This document shows, in pieces, positions 48,334 to 57,483 of a stretch of DNA of 64,000 nucleotides. Location of the stretch: the NCBI GenBank assembly GCA_041398725.1, contig JAWKUE010000003.1:339263-403262 (forward strand). Reading direction: 5' to 3'. The notes below the pieces were generated by a model, which saw only the letters and a program-made list of their open reading frames with translations, searched no databases and was not told where the DNA came from. Each line of letters starts with the position of its first letter. Position 1 is the stretch's first letter. This stretch comes from Planctomycetaceae bacterium. GTDB lineage: Bacteria > Planctomycetota > Planctomycetia > Planctomycetales > Planctomycetaceae. The translations under genes and the position numbers were made by a program.

Positions 48334-49280
48334 GGGAGTTTCTCTGTAAGTGCGGCTCTCCGAGCCTTGAGGAGATACGCATTCGCCTTCTCGTAGTCAG
48401 GTCGTTCCGGGAGTGTGGTTTGTTCAAGTGCTTTATCAAATTCATGGTGCAGGCTGAGTCGCCATTTTTCTGTCTCGTCCCACGGTATGTCACCTCTTTT
48501 AATCGCCAAAAGTTGTTCTCGATGATTGTCAACTCGAACCGGCACGAATCCTTCTCGCAGTACGTTGATGCCTGATATCAACAGGCGAATCAGGTGCATG
48601 ACGTGCTTCCACTTGACCTGTCCCTGATTGCGAATGTCCGCCTGCATCTTTTTGAACTGCGACATGACGTACCCGTTGTACGTCTGGTAGACGAGCCGGG
48701 AGAGGAAGATGTCACGTATTCCAAGTAACTCTTCCGCCAGCGGAGTCGCTTTCTCCACCAACGGAGAATAGAGGCACTCCAGTACATTCGGGTTCGCTTT
48801 CAAAGCCAGCACGAGGAACTTCTGGATTTCCCAATAGCCTTCCTGCGTTTCATAACATTCCAGTTGCTCAGGGACTCCGTAGAGCGACCAGTGCAGGTCG
48901 GCAGGTGGCAAATAGAATCCACGGCGGTCGATGTCAGATGCGTCATCCGCCAGACCGTATGCCTGCGACCCAATGATACACTGGAAGATCACCCGCTCGA
49001 ACATCTCGCTTCCCTTAGCGGTGATGCTGGTGTCGCCGATTTTTCCTTCTTTGAATTTGGCCAGCGTCGTCAAGTCACTGGACTTGATGGCCTCTTCAAC
49101 GCCATCTGGAAAGCGAATCCGATAGGAATGGTCGAGATCGCTTGGTGCCTTAACGACAACCCCCACCGCACCTCGTGGATGCAGTGTGCGACCATTCGGG
49201 CCGACGACATCCCTGAGTGTCACGATCTGCGTGCCAGCCGCAAAGATCAAGTTGGGTTGGTAGTGGACTCGTTTAGTCAT
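48330..49280 (-). CDS. Pol-beta-type nucleotidyltransferase (PF10127/RlaP-like), paralogue A
   Basis: It has the motif CIIGSQAYGLADDASDIDRRGFYLPP and NPNVLECLYSPLV. Start set at ATG 49280, overlapping the HEAT gene stop by 8 nt. Confidence 0.7.
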   Translation of the reverse strand: MTKRVHYQPNLIFAAGTQIVTLRDVVGPNGRTLHPRGAVGVVVKAPSDLDHSYRIRFPDGVEEAIKSSDLTTLAKFKEGKIGDTSITAKGSEMFERVIFQCIIGSQAYGLADDASDIDRRGFYLPPADLHWSLYGVPEQLECYETQEGYWEIQKFLVLALKANPNVLECLYSPLVEKATPLAEELLGIRDIFLSRLVYQTYNGYVMSQFKKMQADIRNQGQVKWKHVMHLIRLLISGINVLREGFVPVRVDNHREQLLAIKRGDIPWDETEKWRLSLHHEFDKALEQTTLPERPDYEKANAYLLKARRAALTEKLP

Positions 49281-49788
49281 TGGGACCGTCTTCGCCTTTT
49301 TCGAGTTGAGACTCCCCAAGCGTCTTCAACGCACACTGGAGAGCCATGACAACATTAGAGTCATCATTGCGATGGCGTTCATACAGAGATTTCAGGTACG
49401 GCAATGCCGAACGGTCGTTGAGATACGCCAGGGCAAAGCCAGCCGCTCGGCGTACCATCATGTCAGGATCATCGACCATTTGAAGGAGATGTTCCGTGGC
49501 TGAGTAATCACCAGAATGCCCAAGAACCCCACACGCCACTTCTTGGACAAAGGAATCTGCGGATGCAAGAAGACTAACCATTTTGGGGACTAAATCTGCG
49601 TCCCGTCGATTCAGCAACGATCTCTCTGCCTTGGCTCCCAGTCCTTCGTGGGACCAGTTCTGAAGAATATCAACCAAGAGATTGAGAGGGATGTCATTTG
49701 CTCTGTCCAAAAGACCTTGCGCAGCACGAAACCTTACAACCCGATTTTGGCTGGCATACATTCGAATCCAATCGTGAATATCAGGCAT
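49273..49788 (-). CDS. HEAT-repeat protein
   Basis: It has repeated helical-hairpin units with the HEAT/PBS-lyase pattern (RFRAAQGLL.., VQEVACGVLGHSGD, MVRRAAGFALAYLND). It is the first gene of a three-gene overlapping operon. Confidence 0.6.
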   Translation of the reverse strand: MPDIHDWIRMYASQNRVVRFRAAQGLLDRANDIPLNLLVDILQNWSHEGLGAKAERSLLNRRDADLVPKMVSLLASADSFVQEVACGVLGHSGDYSATEHLLQMVDDPDMMVRRAAGFALAYLNDRSALPYLKSLYERHRNDDSNVVMALQCALKTLGESQLEKGEDGPND

Positions 49789-49948
49789 CGTGTGACGTAC
49801 CCATCACGTTCGCTCCTTTCAGACAAATCCTCTTCTCGCAGTAATGTAGCAAATAGAAAAGGCCCACACGGCTGCCTCGAACCGTATGGGCCTTCGATTT
49901 CTTTCAGAGACATTCAGTCCCTGAAAGAAGTAATCCCGGTTCACGCCG

Positions 49949-50116
49949 TCAAAAGCAGCCATTCTTGAGACAGCACTTTTTGAAGCGTTTTCCGGAACCG
50001 CAGGGGCAGAGATCGTTTCTGCCGAGCTTTTCCTCAAACACTTTGTCGCCGTGGACAATCCGTTCGCCACGCTTCACCTGCGTTTCGGACGGGAATCCCT
50101 TACGGCGTTTGCTCAT
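49949..50116 (-). CDS. Small SEC-C-motif protein
   Basis: It has the C-terminal metal-binding motif [13 protein letters not shown]. Start set at ATG 50116 (55 aa). Confidence 0.55.
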   Translation of the reverse strand: MSKRRKGFPSETQVKRGERIVHGDKVFEEKLGRNDLCPCGSGKRFKKCCLKNGCF

Positions 50117-50361
50117 GGTCTCAAAAAAATGACAATTCATCGAAGTTTTCGTGATTCTGGTTTCGCATTGGACACCTCCCGTTTTGATTGAGTTGTCGGG
50201 AGTGGACACCGACTGTCTGGAAAGGTTCACAACAAACTTCTAAGAACTGAACCCATCTTCGATTGGAGTTTCAACATGGGGCTCTTATGCCTGACAAACG
50301 GGTGATAGAATGACGGCCTGTTCTTCATTCGCCTCGTAGAACTCAATTGGGCATCCCCTTC

Positions 50362-51084
50362 ATGAACGTTGTCTCTCATCATCGGAGAACTTTCTTTGCC
50401 GTCGTCTTCGCTGCACTCTTCGTCGCCGTTTCGTTTACGGCAGTTCGTGCCGACGCGGCTGTCTGGAAGTCGATCCTCGGCTGGATTGCAATAGACACGC
50501 TCTTGCTGAGCATCGCATATTTCATCAACTGGCCGGGCGTTTATGGGAAATCGGCAGTCGGTTCAATACGATGGCCAATAGTATTGTTGATGACTCCAGT
50601 CTTGCTATTCGTTCGAATCGTATGGCAGCTCCAAAACATCGCCACACGTACGCCGCTTTACAGCGAGATCGCCCCCGATTTGTTCGTCGGGAGATTGTGT
50701 AACTTCGAATCACTGCCAGAGGGCGTGTCGGTGGTCGTTGATCTCACCGCCGAGTTTCAAACTCCTCACTCGCTCCGATCGAGAGTTCAAACCATCTGCC
50801 TGCCCACACTTGATGGTTGTTCTCCGGACTGGAAGAAATGCCAGCAGGCGTTTGCGTCGATCGGAAACAACCATCATCGCATCTATGCCTGTTGTGCAAA
50901 TGGTCACGGTCGAAGTGTAACGTTCATGGCAGCATGGCTTGGTTACCACGGTAGTTGTCAATCTGCCGCTGGGGCAGTAAAGCTCATTCAAGTCGCTCGC
51001 CCTACAGCGGCACCAAATTCGGATCAGATGCGTTTTCTTACGCAAATCTTTGATACATTGCCTCAAAAGTGCGAGGAAGAATAG
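50362..51084 (+). CDS. Membrane-anchored dual-specificity / tyrosine phosphatase-like protein
   Basis: Three or four N-terminal TM helices precede the Cx5R P-loop in YACCANGHGRSVTF. Confidence 0.6.
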   Translation: MNVVSHHRRTFFAVVFAALFVAVSFTAVRADAAVWKSILGWIAIDTLLLSIAYFINWPGVYGKSAVGSIRWPIVLLMTPVLLFVRIVWQLQNIATRTPLYSEIAPDLFVGRLCNFESLPEGVSVVVDLTAEFQTPHSLRSRVQTICLPTLDGCSPDWKKCQQAFASIGNNHHRIYACCANGHGRSVTFMAAWLGYHGSCQSAAGAVKLIQVARPTAAPNSDQMRFLTQIFDTLPQKCEEE

Positions 51085-51337
51085 AATTGTGGCACTGGTG
51101 TCATAGATCGATTCCGCCACTTCGGAATGGACGTCTGACTATGAATTGCCGAAAACCATTACTATCGCTGGTTCTTTATCCAGCGTTGACCGTTGCTGGT
51201 TGCAATATTCTGCTTACCGGATCTCCAGTACCGTTCTGGCATAATTGAGTCACTTAACAATCCAGTTGCTGTTCGTTCGATCTCTCAAACGTATTTTGAA
51301 CTTGAAGATGGTCGGACGGTCCCTCTGCGTACCTCAA

Positions 51338-51535
51338 ATGCACAATCAAACTCAATTCTTCGTGGGTCTGGGGACACTGTCACTGATCAACGCTGGCTTG
51401 GCCCAGTCAAAGCGTCGCTGCGGATTATTGTGGTGGCTGTTATTGCTGTTCCTGGGACCAATTGCCACATTTTTGATCGTCGTGCTACCGCCGATCCCCA
51501 GGGCGAAACTGCCGTCATCCTGGATTCGGCTGTAA
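51338..51535 (+). CDS. Small membrane protein (PLDc_N-like motif)
   Basis: This 65-aa protein has two hydrophobic segments and WWLLLLFLGPIATFLIVVL. A truncated copy lies at 47457-47546. Confidence 0.5.
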   Translation: MHNQTQFFVGLGTLSLINAGLAQSKRRCGLLWWLLLLFLGPIATFLIVVLPPIPRAKLPSSWIRL

Positions 51536-51964
51536 CCCAATAAGAATCGTTGTTTCCAGTTTTGACGGGTCTTCACAGTGGTGCCCGTAGATTTCCAATG
51601 ACGGCGAACTGATGGTCTCGCCGCGACCAGCGAGTGCAGACTTCAGGGAAGCCCACTTGGCTGGCAACGCCTGATATGGGCCAACGTGGACGTGTTTCAA
51701 ATGGCGCTTCAAGTCAAACTCCATCGGCTCCAAGTGTTGAGGAGATCGTGCGTCCTGCAACAACTCAACGCCAACGAACATCCGATTGTCCGGCAGATAA
51801 ACCCAGTGATTAATTCCTGAATTCGCAGTATTTGACTCCTTCACGATTTTCCACATCTCGTTCATCAACTTCATGCCAACTTCGCCGAAGTTGTTGTTCG
51901 AAACTACGGAGGATAAGCCGTGAAGATGAAATCGGATCGGTGTTTCAATGATTTCGATTTCCAT
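51515..51964 (-). CDS. GyrI-like small-molecule-binding domain protein
   Basis: This 149-aa protein has the duplicated beta-alpha-beta-beta pattern and endings (..GPYQALPAKW..LEIYGH) seen in GyrI/SbmC-like effector-binding domains. The call is by resemblance. Confidence 0.55.
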   Translation of the reverse strand: MEIEIIETPIRFHLHGLSSVVSNNNFGEVGMKLMNEMWKIVKESNTANSGINHWVYLPDNRMFVGVELLQDARSPQHLEPMEFDLKRHLKHVHVGPYQALPAKWASLKSALAGRGETISSPSLEIYGHHCEDPSKLETTILIGLQPNPG

Positions 51965-52003
51965 AGAATCCTCCCTCCAACGCCTTTTAAATGCTGAACT
52001 GGT

Positions 52004-52240
52004 CTACGCTTTCTTCTTCAGTTTTACACGTTTCGCCTCAGCCTTCTCATTGTCCTGTTTGACTCGCAACCGAACGATGCGTTTGATCAGGTTAAATGGG
52101 ATCGGCTTATCCAGCGGAATTTGAAGGTTTCCTTTCGGGCCTGCGTAACGGGCCGCTGCCTTTTCAATCGCCTCATCGCCCAAGATCGGCGGGTAGAATC
52201 CGATGTGTTCTTTCCACGCAGCGAAGTAACCGAGAGCCAA
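52004..52240 (-). pseudogene. DUF1801 (YdhG-like) protein, C-terminal fragment
   Basis: YFAAWKEHIGFYPP..KGNLQIPLDKPIPFNLIKRIVRLRV matches the C-terminal half of DUF1801 proteins. The frame is closed by TAA 12 nt upstream of the TTG start, so the first 50 aa or so are missing. Confidence 0.55.
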
Positions 52241-52463
52241 CAGTGTTTACGGTTCAGATCTTAAACGAAGCAGCTTTGATGCCCGATATTCCCACTGATC
52301 CCTGACGAATACTTCTTGTCATGCGAGACCATCGCACCCGATCACGATGAAAAAGATCAAGACGTCTACTGGCTCGACAGCAGACACGGCAGTCTGCCTG
52401 GTTCGCCAGTAATGACATTGGCCCATTAGCAGCAGTGGGCGTTCAACAGGAAAAGGCGTAATT

Positions 52464-52530
52464 GTAGTGGACGAGGCCACGAGTCCCTGCCGTTTCAGGG
52501 CCGACCGGGACTCGTCGCCTTGTCCACTAC
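52464..52530. repeat. REP-like palindromic element, copy 2
   Basis: Arms are GTAGTGGACGAGGCCACGAGTCCC (52464-52487) and GGGACTCGTCGCCTTGTCCACTAC (52507-52530). The loop is TGCCGTTTCAGGGCCGACC. Confidence 0.85.
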
Positions 52531-52762
52531 CGCAAATTTTTATTTTGACGGAGCACCAGTCCTTCCTGTGCCCGTGTAGGCGCTTTGTCACCGTGTCTGC
52601 TTATTTTGCAAGTCAATGTCTGGCCAAATTGTGCACCCCAAATGCAATGCTGTGGGATCATCGCCAAAGGCAAAAGTGCCTTTGAACCCCATTAATTTAC
52701 GCGAATCCCATGAAAAAAGCCCACTTGCGATTTCTCACAAGTCGGCTCATTTCGAAAGAAAG

Positions 52763-53115
52763 TGGAGGCGGGGGGAATTGAACCCCCGTCCTGTTGTCCC
52801 ACAACCAAAGCCTCTACGTGCGTAGTTTGTTGATTATGTCGCAATGGAGAGGTTCAGCAAACAAAACCATCCATCACCAGTTCATCACAAATCTCGCATC
52901 AGCCGTAATGAACGGTTGGACTGATGCCAGCCCAAATTTGCAACCGACGGTCAGCTCCTTAGGCGGGGATCCTTAGGTCGGCACAGCTTATTTCTAAGCT
53001 GCGAGAGAGAACTGCGGTTTTGCAGTTATTGGTGATCAGCTTTTTACGAGGCCAACTGATCAACCTCGGCACGCCACCCTGATTGCCAGTAACCCAGTCA
53101 AATCCGATCGCCCCC
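52763..53115 (-). ncRNA. ssrA: tmRNA (transfer-messenger RNA)
   Basis: The 5' GGGGGCGAUCGGAUUUGAC pairs with the 3' CGCCUCCA acceptor strand, including a G3:U pair. The T-arm is GGACGGGGGUUCAAUUCCCCC. The conserved GCCGAGG..UUGGCCUCGUAAAAAGC block is followed by a tag reading frame GCA AAA CCG CAG TTC TCT CTC GCA GCT TAG (53023-52994), giving AKPQFSLAA. CCA is not encoded. Confidence 0.9.
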
Positions 53116-53231
53116 CGGGTTCGCTGATTCAGGTTCAGCATCTGTTACAGTCGGCATTCTACCCGAATGTCTTCACAGATACAGGGCGAACATCAGAAAA
53201 ATCACCGGAAGCTGAGGCGGGACTGCAAAAT

Positions 53232-53717
53232 CTATTCTCGGGGCATCATCATTGTGCGTTCATCGGCCGTCTTCAGTGCTTCGGCCTGCTTCGCGCGCAA
53301 TTCATTAATTGCCTCCTGCAGCGCCTGACGCGTCTGGCGATTTTTGCGCAATGTCTGACTCATGTGCACGCGACTTGCCACCGCGTCTCCAAGTGCGAGA
53401 AGCACCAGCCACATGGAGAGCAAAAGCAACCCCATGACGTATGCCGCCGCGAATCCTGGTGATGTTCGGAACTGCGGAAGATAGTCGCACATCGAGATCA
53501 GGGCGCCCAGTGTAATTGTCAACGCGGAAGTCTGCATGCGACGGCGATACTGCTGCTCAAGGAATTTTAGTTCCGTGGGTGAAACGTCAAGGTCGTTCAG
53601 GAAACGGCGACGGCGCCATACGTGCCAGGTAACCATCGCAATCCCAAAGAACCAGACAAAGGCGCCGACTCCGATAAATAAATAACTTGTTGCCATTTGC
53701 TCTGCCTCTTCGTTCAA
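53232..53717 (-). CDS. Hypothetical membrane protein
   Basis: It has four predicted TM helices and a C-terminal amphipathic helix. The alternative start is 53696. I recognise no family. Confidence 0.5.
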   Translation of the reverse strand: MNEEAEQMATSYLFIGVGAFVWFFGIAMVTWHVWRRRRFLNDLDVSPTELKFLEQQYRRRMQTSALTITLGALISMCDYLPQFRTSPGFAAAYVMGLLLLSMWLVLLALGDAVASRVHMSQTLRKNRQTRQALQEAINELRAKQAEALKTADERTMMMPRE

Positions 53718-54035
53718 CTTTCCGGCATCGTCAGGACTGCACTATGGTTCTTGCCTGAACACATTCCGCGATATTTTGCGGCAAGTCCTGTTCCGATTCA
53801 AGTCAGCCCCGTCAATTCCACAATGCAAATTGTTGGCAGTTATGGAGTTACGAAGAATGAATTGTTTCCTCCTGATAGACCGCATTATGCCCGGGACTCA
53901 AAATGACGCAGCAACTGTTCGACATTGCTCCGATTGGCCAGCGCAAGGGTCGGCAGCAGTCCGGATGGGTGTTAAACTGCGATCGGTTGTTCTGGCTGCA
54001 AATTTCCTCGTTTTTGTCTTCGCCGAGTTTCCTTC

Positions 54036-57035
54036 ATGTGGACATTTCAAAGACAGTTCGCGTTTTTGCTTGCGACACTCGCGCTGACGGTTTCTGCGAA
54101 AACGCCGGGCGACGAGATATTTCGCGAGCAAGTCGCGCCATTGCTGGAACGTCGCTGCCTCTCTTGCCATAACGACGGCGATCGAAAAGGTGACTTTTCG
54201 CTGCAGACGCAGCGCCAGTTGGAGGATTCCGGATTTGTTGTGCCGGGAAATGCGGACGAAAGTCAATTGCTTAATGTTGTAACTTCGCATGGGCCGGGAG
54301 ACGAACGCCCCGCGATGCCCAAAGACGGTCGTCCGTTGACGGCAGCGGAAGTCGATCTCCTTCGGCAATGGATCGCGGCGGGCGCGGTTTGGCCAACGGA
54401 TTTTCGTCTCAGGGAGCCGACTGTTGAAAATTTTGACTGGTGGTCGTTGCGTCCTCTGGAACTCCCGACACCGCCGGTATTTGAGGATGCGACGGCCCTG
54501 AGCTGGCTGAAGACCCCGATTGACGCGTTCGTGCTTCAAACGCTGCGGGACCACGCGCTCCAGCCATCTCCGGAAACAGACCGGCTTCGATTGATTCGGC
54601 GCGTCACCTTTGATCTGACAGGCTTACCTCCAACGCCGGAAGAAATTAAAGCCTATATCGATGACGCGGAGCCGTACGCGTATGAACGTGTCGTCGACCG
54701 ATTGCTGGACTCGCCACACTATGGTGAACGGTGGGCTCGTCACTGGCTGGACGTTGTCCGTTACGCCGACACCTGCGGCTACGATAAAGACAAACTACGA
54801 CCAAACGCGTGGCCATACCGGGACTACGTGATTCGCGCGTTCAACACGGATAAACCCTATGCACGGTTTGTTCAGGAACAGATTGCCGGCGATGTGTTGT
54901 TTCCTGGTGAGCCGGATGGGATTTTGGGGCTGGGCTTTATTGCCGCAGGCCCTTGGGACTTTATCGGACACGTGGAAGTCTCGGAAAGTAAAATCGACGG
55001 ATTGGTGGCTCGGAATCTGGATCGCGACGACATGGTCACGGGAGCCCTGAATACATTTTGCAGCACCACGATCCAGTGCGCACGCTGCCACAATCACAAA
55101 TTTGATCCATTTACACAGCAGCATTATTACAGTTTGCAATCGGTCTTTGCGGCCGTTGATCGCGCTGAACGAATCTACGACACGGACCCTGCAGTCGAAA
55201 CAAAGCGGCGGGAACTGGTTGCCCGGAAATCGCAGGTTGAACGGCAGCTGGAAGAGCTGGAGAAGTCCATTCGGGCGGAGGGAGGTCAACGCCTCGTGAT
55301 GCTGGAGGAAACGCTGACGCGGCTGCGGCCGCTGGCAGAGCCGACCACGAAGCGACCCGAGTTTGGTTATCACAGCGAAATTTCCACCGCAGCCGACAAC
55401 GAGAAATGGGTCGAGATTGATTTGGGGAGGGATGTTGAATTAACGTCGATCGTGCTGCATGCTTGTCACGACGAGTTTGCCGGGATTGGATCTGGCTTTG
55501 GATTTCCCCGACGCTATCGAATCGAAGTGACACCCGCCTCACAACGTGCTGCCGGTCGGCCTGCAGTCGTTGTGCGGGACGCAACCGCTGCAAGCGTCGC
55601 TAATCCCGGGCTGACTCCGGTCAAGATTCCCTGTGTCGAAACAGCTCGATATATTCGGGTTGTCGCGACACAGCTGGCGGCGCGGCAGAACGATTTTATT
55701 CTGGCGCTGGGCGAGGTTGAGGCGTTCGATTCTGACGGAAAGAACGTGGCCGCTCACGCACCTGTCACGGCCCTTGATTCGATTGAATCGCCTGTACGAT
55801 GGAGCAGGGGCAACCTGACAGACACCATCTGGCCAGTGGCTGCTGACCACGACGCGGCATTGGCGCTTCGTGAAGCGAGTCAGGCGCGAGACGCATTGCT
55901 GGAAAACCTGAACTCTGCGGACCGCAGACAGAAGCGAGAGACACTGATCCTGCAACTGGCTGGGCTGGAAAAACAGGTCAGTGAGTTACCACGCGGACGT
56001 GTGGTGTATGCGGCGGCAACACATTTTGCGAGGCAGGGAAATTTTCATCCCACGGAAGGCAGGCCCCGCCCCGTGAAAGTCCTGCACCGCGGTAATGAGA
56101 CTCAGCCCGGTGACGATGTGCGGCCCGGAACAATTCCACTCCGTGCGGACGATGCATGGCAGTTTCAGTTGCCTATGGATCATGCAGAGTCCGATCGTCG
56201 AGCGGCACTTGCGCGCTGGATGACGCGGCCTGATCATCCTCTGACCTGGCGGTCGATCGTCAATCGCGTATGGCAGTATCATTTTGGTCGAGGGATCGCG
56301 GACTCGCCCAACGATTTTGGCCGAATGGGACAGTTGCCAACTCATGCGGCACTTTTGGACTGGCTCGCAATCCAGTTCCGTGACAATGGTCAGTCCTTCA
56401 GGAAACTGCATCGTTTGATCGTTACCAGCGCCGTGTATCGTCAGGCATCTGCCGACAATCCCGCAGCTGAGCTGATCGATGCCGAAAACAGATTTCTGTG
56501 GCGTATGAATCGCCGGCGGCTGGAAGCAGAAGAGATTCGAGACGCAATCCTGGCGGTCAGCGGAAAACTGAATCTCGAATCAGGAGGACCTGGGTTTTAT
56601 CTGTTTGAACTGGAAAAGCCCGAGCATTCACCACACTATGAATACAACAAGTTCGATCCGGAAGATGTTCAATCTCATCGCCGCAGCATTTATCGTTTCA
56701 TTGTGCGATCCCAGCCGGATCCGTTTATGACAACGCTTGATTGTGCAGATTCATCACAAAGCACTCCACGCCGCCATGAAACACAAACCGCGCTGCAGGC
56801 GCTGTCGCTGCTCAATAATCGGTTTACACTGTCGATGGCTCGTCATCTGGCGCAACGTCTGGATTCGACGGAAGATTCAACAGATGAAAAGATTGAGCTT
56901 GCTTTTCGGTTGCTAACCGGGCGGGCACCTGATCAGGAGGAACGACGTCAAATGATCGTCTACGCCGACAAACACGGACTGGCGGCGTTGTGCCGATTGC
57001 TGTTTAATCTGAATGAGTTTGTCTTTGTCGAATAG
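54036..57035 (+). CDS. PSCyt1 / DUF1549 / DUF1553 family protein with an inserted discoidin (F5/8 type C)-like domain
   Basis: A signal peptide precedes CLSCHNDGDRKGDFSL. It has a DUF1549 block (PIDAFVL..VTFDLTGLPPT), CARCHNHKFDP and a discoidin-like segment (WVEIDLGRDVELTSIVLH..ARYIRVVATQ). The DUF1553 block is WMTRPDHPLTWRSIVNRVWQYHFG. Confidence 0.9.
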   Translation: MWTFQRQFAFLLATLALTVSAKTPGDEIFREQVAPLLERRCLSCHNDGDRKGDFSLQTQRQLEDSGFVVPGNADESQLLNVVTSHGPGDERPAMPKDGRPLTAAEVDLLRQWIAAGAVWPTDFRLREPTVENFDWWSLRPLELPTPPVFEDATALSWLKTPIDAFVLQTLRDHALQPSPETDRLRLIRRVTFDLTGLPPTPEEIKAYIDDAEPYAYERVVDRLLDSPHYGERWARHWLDVVRYADTCGYDKDKLRPNAWPYRDYVIRAFNTDKPYARFVQEQIAGDVLFPGEPDGILGLGFIAAGPWDFIGHVEVSESKIDGLVARNLDRDDMVTGALNTFCSTTIQCARCHNHKFDPFTQQHYYSLQSVFAAVDRAERIYDTDPAVETKRRELVARKSQVERQLEELEKSIRAEGGQRLVMLEETLTRLRPLAEPTTKRPEFGYHSEISTAADNEKWVEIDLGRDVELTSIVLHACHDEFAGIGSGFGFPRRYRIEVTPASQRAAGRPAVVVRDATAASVANPGLTPVKIPCVETARYIRVVATQLAARQNDFILALGEVEAFDSDGKNVAAHAPVTALDSIESPVRWSRGNLTDTIWPVAADHDAALALREASQARDALLENLNSADRRQKRETLILQLAGLEKQVSELPRGRVVYAAATHFARQGNFHPTEGRPRPVKVLHRGNETQPGDDVRPGTIPLRADDAWQFQLPMDHAESDRRAALARWMTRPDHPLTWRSIVNRVWQYHFGRGIADSPNDFGRMGQLPTHAALLDWLAIQFRDNGQSFRKLHRLIVTSAVYRQASADNPAAELIDAENRFLWRMNRRRLEAEEIRDAILAVSGKLNLESGGPGFYLFELEKPEHSPHYEYNKFDPEDVQSHRRSIYRFIVRSQPDPFMTTLDCADSSQSTPRRHETQTALQALSLLNNRFTLSMARHLAQRLDSTEDSTDEKIELAFRLLTGRAPDQEERRQMIVYADKHGLAALCRLLFNLNEFVFVE

Positions 57036-57483
57036 GTTTGTGCTACACTCCGAAAGAGTGCTCCTTCTCGGGCGATTCCCCCAACAAAGTCCTTGCGGAC
57101 TCCGTCGGTCGTTTCCCCAGGGGAAGGAGCAGCTCAGCCAATTGAGCGGCGACGTAAACAGCAGGCGAATTCCTGCCGCCATTTGTTGACTCGCACGCTC
57201 ATAAGACGAGTCTTATGCGGATATCTCACACAACTGCATGTATATCGATTGTTCGCAATGGAAACTTCCGCACATCTTGAGGTGACGAACTCAACATACG
57301 CGGATATCTTTGCTGCAGAATGTGGCGAACGTCACTTCGAAGATACAGCAAAAGAATACGGTTGAGCATCTTTGTCAGGAATGAAATAATCCAAGCGGAT
57401 TTCTATTCGGGTTTTCCCCCACGACGCATGTTGTAGACGTAATAGTGTTACGGTCCGGATCGTGCGAACAGATACGATTACCT

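Noticed and set aside
52319-52762. Looked for an integrase gene and a duplicated ssrA 3' segment (attL/attR) to delimit a tmRNA-targeted island.
   Set aside because: Neither was found by eye. The only recombinase in the window belongs to the IS91-like element 25 kb away, so the island call stays tentative and needs a computed repeat search.
57036-57483. Expected a DUF1501 partner gene next to the two PSCyt/DUF1553 genes (1303-4467 and 54036-57035).
   Set aside because: No such ORF is present beside either gene. The pairing is common but not universal, so the absence is noted and not treated as a finding.
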